A DNA stretch of 36,473 nucleotides from IMG/VR virus record IMGVR_UViG_3300032259_000010, positions 1 through 36,473 of that record. One strand, given 5' to 3'. The notes beneath the pieces are model-generated. The model did no database searches and had not been told where the DNA came from. It saw only the letters and a program-made list of their open reading frames with translations. Shown here piece after piece: positions 34,072-36,473 of the stretch (positions are counted from its first letter, which is position 1; each line of letters begins with the position of its first letter). The position numbers and the translations under genes are program-made. This DNA comes from a virus (Duplodnaviria; Caudoviricetes).

Positions 34072-34515
34072 TCACTCCGGTTTTTCTAGGTCGCCTAAAA
34101 TAACATTAATTTGTTGTTTTTGTTCGCTTTCTGTCCCGTGGTCACGAAGACCACCAAGGGCTTTCGATAGGAATATAGCATGAGTGAGCCTACCTTTCGG
34201 TATATCCACTTCCACTGGCTCACCTGTCTCGGGGTCTGTCACGCCGTCATATTTCCGTGGCAGCTCTATTACTCCACGGACGGCAGCTTCTTTCCTGAAC
34301 TCGGAAAACTCCGTGACTATTTCATTCCAGTATTCGGAAAAAATATCATCCTTATGCTTCCACTCGTACACGCTGCGCCGTGGAATACCAGAGGCAATGC
34401 AGGCATGAATCACCCAGCCCTGCTCTTTTCTGAGAGCAGAAAGGAATTTTTTCTTGTCTGTGATTACCTCCGCATCTGTTCTTTGTGCGTGCGGCAGGCG
34501 CTTCATTTTTTTCAT
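34072..34515 (-). CDS. terS: Terminase small subunit (HTH)
   Basis: KKKFLSAL...VIHACIASGIPRRSVYEWKHKDDIF...IFLSKA; first gene of the late operon; the upstream part of track ORF 34072-34725 is promoter DNA. Confidence 0.75.
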   Translation of the reverse strand: MKKMKRLPHAQRTDAEVITDKKKFLSALRKEQGWVIHACIASGIPRRSVYEWKHKDDIFSEYWNEIVTEFSEFRKEAAVRGVIELPRKYDGVTDPETGEPVEVDIPKGRLTHAIFLSKALGGLRDHGTESEQKQQINVILGDLEKPE

Positions 34516-34572
34516 TATGTGCGTGTCCGTGTTTCTCTTCTTCCGATTAACTCCCCCTATACCCCTACATAT

Positions 34573-34601
34573 AGTATGATACCATAAGCAATATCTGTCA
34601 A
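34573..34601 (-). promoter_or_regulatory. Leftward (late-arm) sigma70-like promoter
   Basis: Minus strand TTGACA-17 nt-CATACT. Confidence 0.6.
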
Positions 34602-34643
34602 TAGCGTCACCAAAAATCAATATAAAAATAATCACAATAAGTA

Positions 34644-34672
34644 TTGACTTTCGTATCTGGATTGGATACAAT
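34644..34672 (+). promoter_or_regulatory. Promoter of the RHH gene with an operator half-site
   Basis: TTGACT-17 nt-TACAAT; contains TGGATACAAT. Confidence 0.75.
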
Positions 34673-34694
34673 GAATAATATAAGGAGGTTGCAA

Positions 34695-34844
34695 ATGAGA
34701 CCATTGAAAGAGAAAGAGAAATCAAAGGCAGTCATGATAAGATTGCCAGAATCCACCGTGGAGTTGGTGGATAAGAACAGTGAAAAAGTAGGATTGTCCC
34801 GCTCTGCCTACATCAGGCAGATTTTGTCAAAATTCCTGCTGTAA
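34695..34844 (+). CDS. CopG-family ribbon-helix-helix repressor
   Basis: AVMIRLPESTVELVDKNSEKVGLSRSAYIRQIL; AAGGAGGT RBS. Confidence 0.85.
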   Translation: MRPLKEKEKSKAVMIRLPESTVELVDKNSEKVGLSRSAYIRQILSKFLL

Positions 34845-34862
34845 TCTTTTTTCTTTTTTTAC

Positions 34863-34890
34863 TTGACATTGTATCCAATATGGATACAAT
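34863..34890 (+). promoter_or_regulatory. Early-operon promoter with a perfect palindromic operator
   Basis: TTGACA-16 nt-TACAAT overlapped by ATTGTATCCA-ATA-TGGATACAAT (34868-34890). Confidence 0.85.
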
Positions 34891-34923
34891 ATAGATATAA
34901 CATAAAACACGGAGGGATAAAAA

Positions 34924-35631
34924 ATGAAAGATTTAAGATTAGAAACAAGCAGAGAGTGGGAAAAGAACGGAAAGCACCGAATATATATAACCGCATCTTG
35001 GGTATACAACCAATATGGGGCGCGGGTGCACCCAAGAGATATTGGGTACTATGATATTGTAGAAGGATTGGCCGTAGTAGCCAGCGGCTACGAAGGGGAA
35101 GAAGACATTAAAGCTCTAATAGAAGGAGTTAGGCCGGATACAAAAAAAACGGTCGATGAGACCGAACCAGAGGCAGAAGAACCTGCTGTAGTAGCAGAGA
35201 AAGAAATAGCAGAGGGAGACGGCTACACTCTCCCTTCACAGCCCACATCTTGCCGGTTCTGCCGGCTAGTGCAAGACCACGCTGCCAGAAACGCCCCCCC
35301 AGAAGAGGGCGTACACCGCATAGACTGGGAAAGTCTCTGCGGTGTAAGTGGGGAGTCTTCCCTCCTCGAAATGGTGGACGCGGCTCTTGAGAAGACCGCG
35401 TATGCAAAAAAACCGCGCTTCGAAACCTGCCAGTGCAAAAGGGAGTTGGAAGTGTGGGACTTCGGCGGGGACGGTGGCGTGTATGCCACCTGCCCCGCAT
35501 ACGATGAATGCGAGGAAGAAGCCAGCGGGGGGGAATGTTACCCGCTGGACAGAACCGCGCTTTTCAGGGTAGCGGGGGGATGGCTGGCATATTTGCCTGG
35601 GGAGAACTTCCCCAGGTACTACAAGGACTAA
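34924..35631 (+). CDS. Hypothetical protein with a Cys-rich C-terminal half (first early cassette)
   Basis: GGAGG RBS; WEKNGKHRIY N-terminus; several CxxC/CxC motifs. Confidence 0.8.
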   Translation: MKDLRLETSREWEKNGKHRIYITASWVYNQYGARVHPRDIGYYDIVEGLAVVASGYEGEEDIKALIEGVRPDTKKTVDETEPEAEEPAVVAEKEIAEGDGYTLPSQPTSCRFCRLVQDHAARNAPPEEGVHRIDWESLCGVSGESSLLEMVDAALEKTAYAKKPRFETCQCKRELEVWDFGGDGGVYATCPAYDECEEEASGGECYPLDRTALFRVAGGWLAYLPGENFPRYYKD

Positions 35632-35633
35632 TC

Positions 35634-35680
35634 TTTCACACACGGCCCGCCACATTGTGTGGTGGGCCATAACTAAGGAG
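35634..35680 (+). repeat. Intergenic cassette element, type B
   Basis: TTTCACACAC-GGCCCGCCACA-TTG-TGTGGTGGGCC-ATAACT-AAGGAG. Confidence 0.9.
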
Positions 35681-35688
35681 AGAATAAG

Positions 35689-36051
35689 ATGATTATATTT
35701 AGAAACGCTGGAGAAGGATACGGGGGAAAATCAGCTTCGGTGGCGGATTTGGTATTTGCAGTGAAAACGGGAAGGCCCGTTTTCCTGGTGTACACAGATT
35801 ACTTCGCGGGCCTAAAGGTAGGGAATTGTGTAGGAGAGACAGAGGAGGAAATGGAAAGATATTTCCTCCAGTATAACCAGGGGCTGGCCCATGACGGCCC
35901 CGTCACGGTCAAGAGGATCCCTAAGAAGATCCTCAGGAAAATCTCCTCTTGGAAGGAGGTCTATAACACGTGGGAGTCTCCGCATTGGGAGCGGCTGCAA
36001 AACCAGGAGAGCTACTTTGTACGGCTCCTGGAGCGTGCAAAGATACTATAA
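35689..36051 (+). CDS. Hypothetical protein (early cassette)
   Basis: Bounded by two repeat elements; RBS from the repeat. Confidence 0.78.
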   Translation: MIIFRNAGEGYGGKSASVADLVFAVKTGRPVFLVYTDYFAGLKVGNCVGETEEEMERYFLQYNQGLAHDGPVTVKRIPKKILRKISSWKEVYNTWESPHWERLQNQESYFVRLLERAKIL

Positions 36052-36055
36052 GCTT

Positions 36056-36091
36056 AAACACGGCCGCCTTCGGGCGGCCGTAACTAAGGAG
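36056..36091 (+). repeat. Intergenic cassette element, type A
   Basis: AAACAC-GGCCGCC-TTCG-GGCGGCC-GTAACT-AAGGAG. Confidence 0.9.
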
Positions 36092-36099
36092 AGAAAAAA

Positions 36100-36432
36100 A
36101 TGAAAGAAACCGGAGAAATACTTACCACTGAGTGTGGTAAGAAGGTCTCTCCGTTACAAATCACTGCCAGTCGTGCAGGAATTTGTAACGGATATGTTTC
36201 TGAAATCCACACGGGCACTTACACCCGTGTAAAGCCCGTAACCGGCAACCTCCGAAAGGGGGTTGTTGTCTCTGGCTACGTAATTATGGATAGAAATGTC
36301 CTTGATTACGTAGAAGGTGAAATCGACTATTGCTTGCGGCACGAACTGTCGCAAGCAATCGAGTTCACTGTGGCAGCTGATGTCACAGGGAACATGGACG
36401 TTAGAATAGATTGGGAAAACCCCAATCTATAA
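36100..36432 (+). CDS. Hypothetical protein (early cassette)
   Basis: RBS from the repeat; runs into the terminal overlap. Confidence 0.78.
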   Translation: MKETGEILTTECGKKVSPLQITASRAGICNGYVSEIHTGTYTRVKPVTGNLRKGVVVSGYVIMDRNVLDYVEGEIDYCLRHELSQAIEFTVAADVTGNMDVRIDWENPNL

Positions 36433-36473
36433 CATAAAAGGAGTAGGAGAAAAGAAATGAAATGAAAATAGAG
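36347..36473. repeat. Terminal direct repeat, copy 2
   Basis: Identical to 1-127. Confidence 0.95.

Noticed and set aside
34516-34725. Hydrophobic N-terminal extension of the terminase small subunit in the ORF track
   Set aside because: It spans AT-rich divergent promoters and overlaps the RHH gene. The ATG at 34515 is the more plausible start.
36347-36473. 127-bp terminal repeat as a biological direct terminal repeat
   Set aside because: The length equals a common assembler k-mer and the repeat cuts through coding sequence. It shows circularity, not the packaged ends.

Overview
This is a complete, circularly assembled tailed-phage genome of about 36,346 bp: bases 1-127 repeat exactly at 36347-36473. 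It has a podovirus-like (P22-style) morphogenesis module on the minus strand (13837-34515): TerS, TerL, major capsid, adaptor, nozzle, portal, scaffold, four ejection-type proteins and LamG/SGNH receptor-binding proteins. The plus strand, read across the junction (34695-36473 then 1-13788), carries early accessory genes, recombination genes (RuvC-like, Sak4-like, Cas4-like, DnaQ-like, SMC-like, SSB) and a lambdoid-type replication initiator with internal iterons plus a DnaC-like loader. I see no integrase, endolysin, polymerase, reverse transcriptase, tRNA or CRISPR array. Most interesting signals: (1) an early operon built as an array of unrelated single-gene cassettes separated by a conserved ACAC-[GGCC hairpin]-ATAACT-AGGAG element; (2) inside it, an FGE/C-type-lectin gene whose 3' end has the NNC codon footprint of a diversity-generating-retroelement (DGR) variable region, although no RT or template repeat is present; (3) a last cassette slot that holds a multi-stem RNA-like structure instead of a gene; (4) an unannotated 53-aa Acb2/Tad1-like anti-defence ORF; (5) an ORF overprinted inside the replication initiator; (6) portal and scaffold displaced from their usual position, a catalytically dead SGNH domain and an ankyrin gene in the virion module. 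All protein calls come from motif recognition by eye, not database searches.
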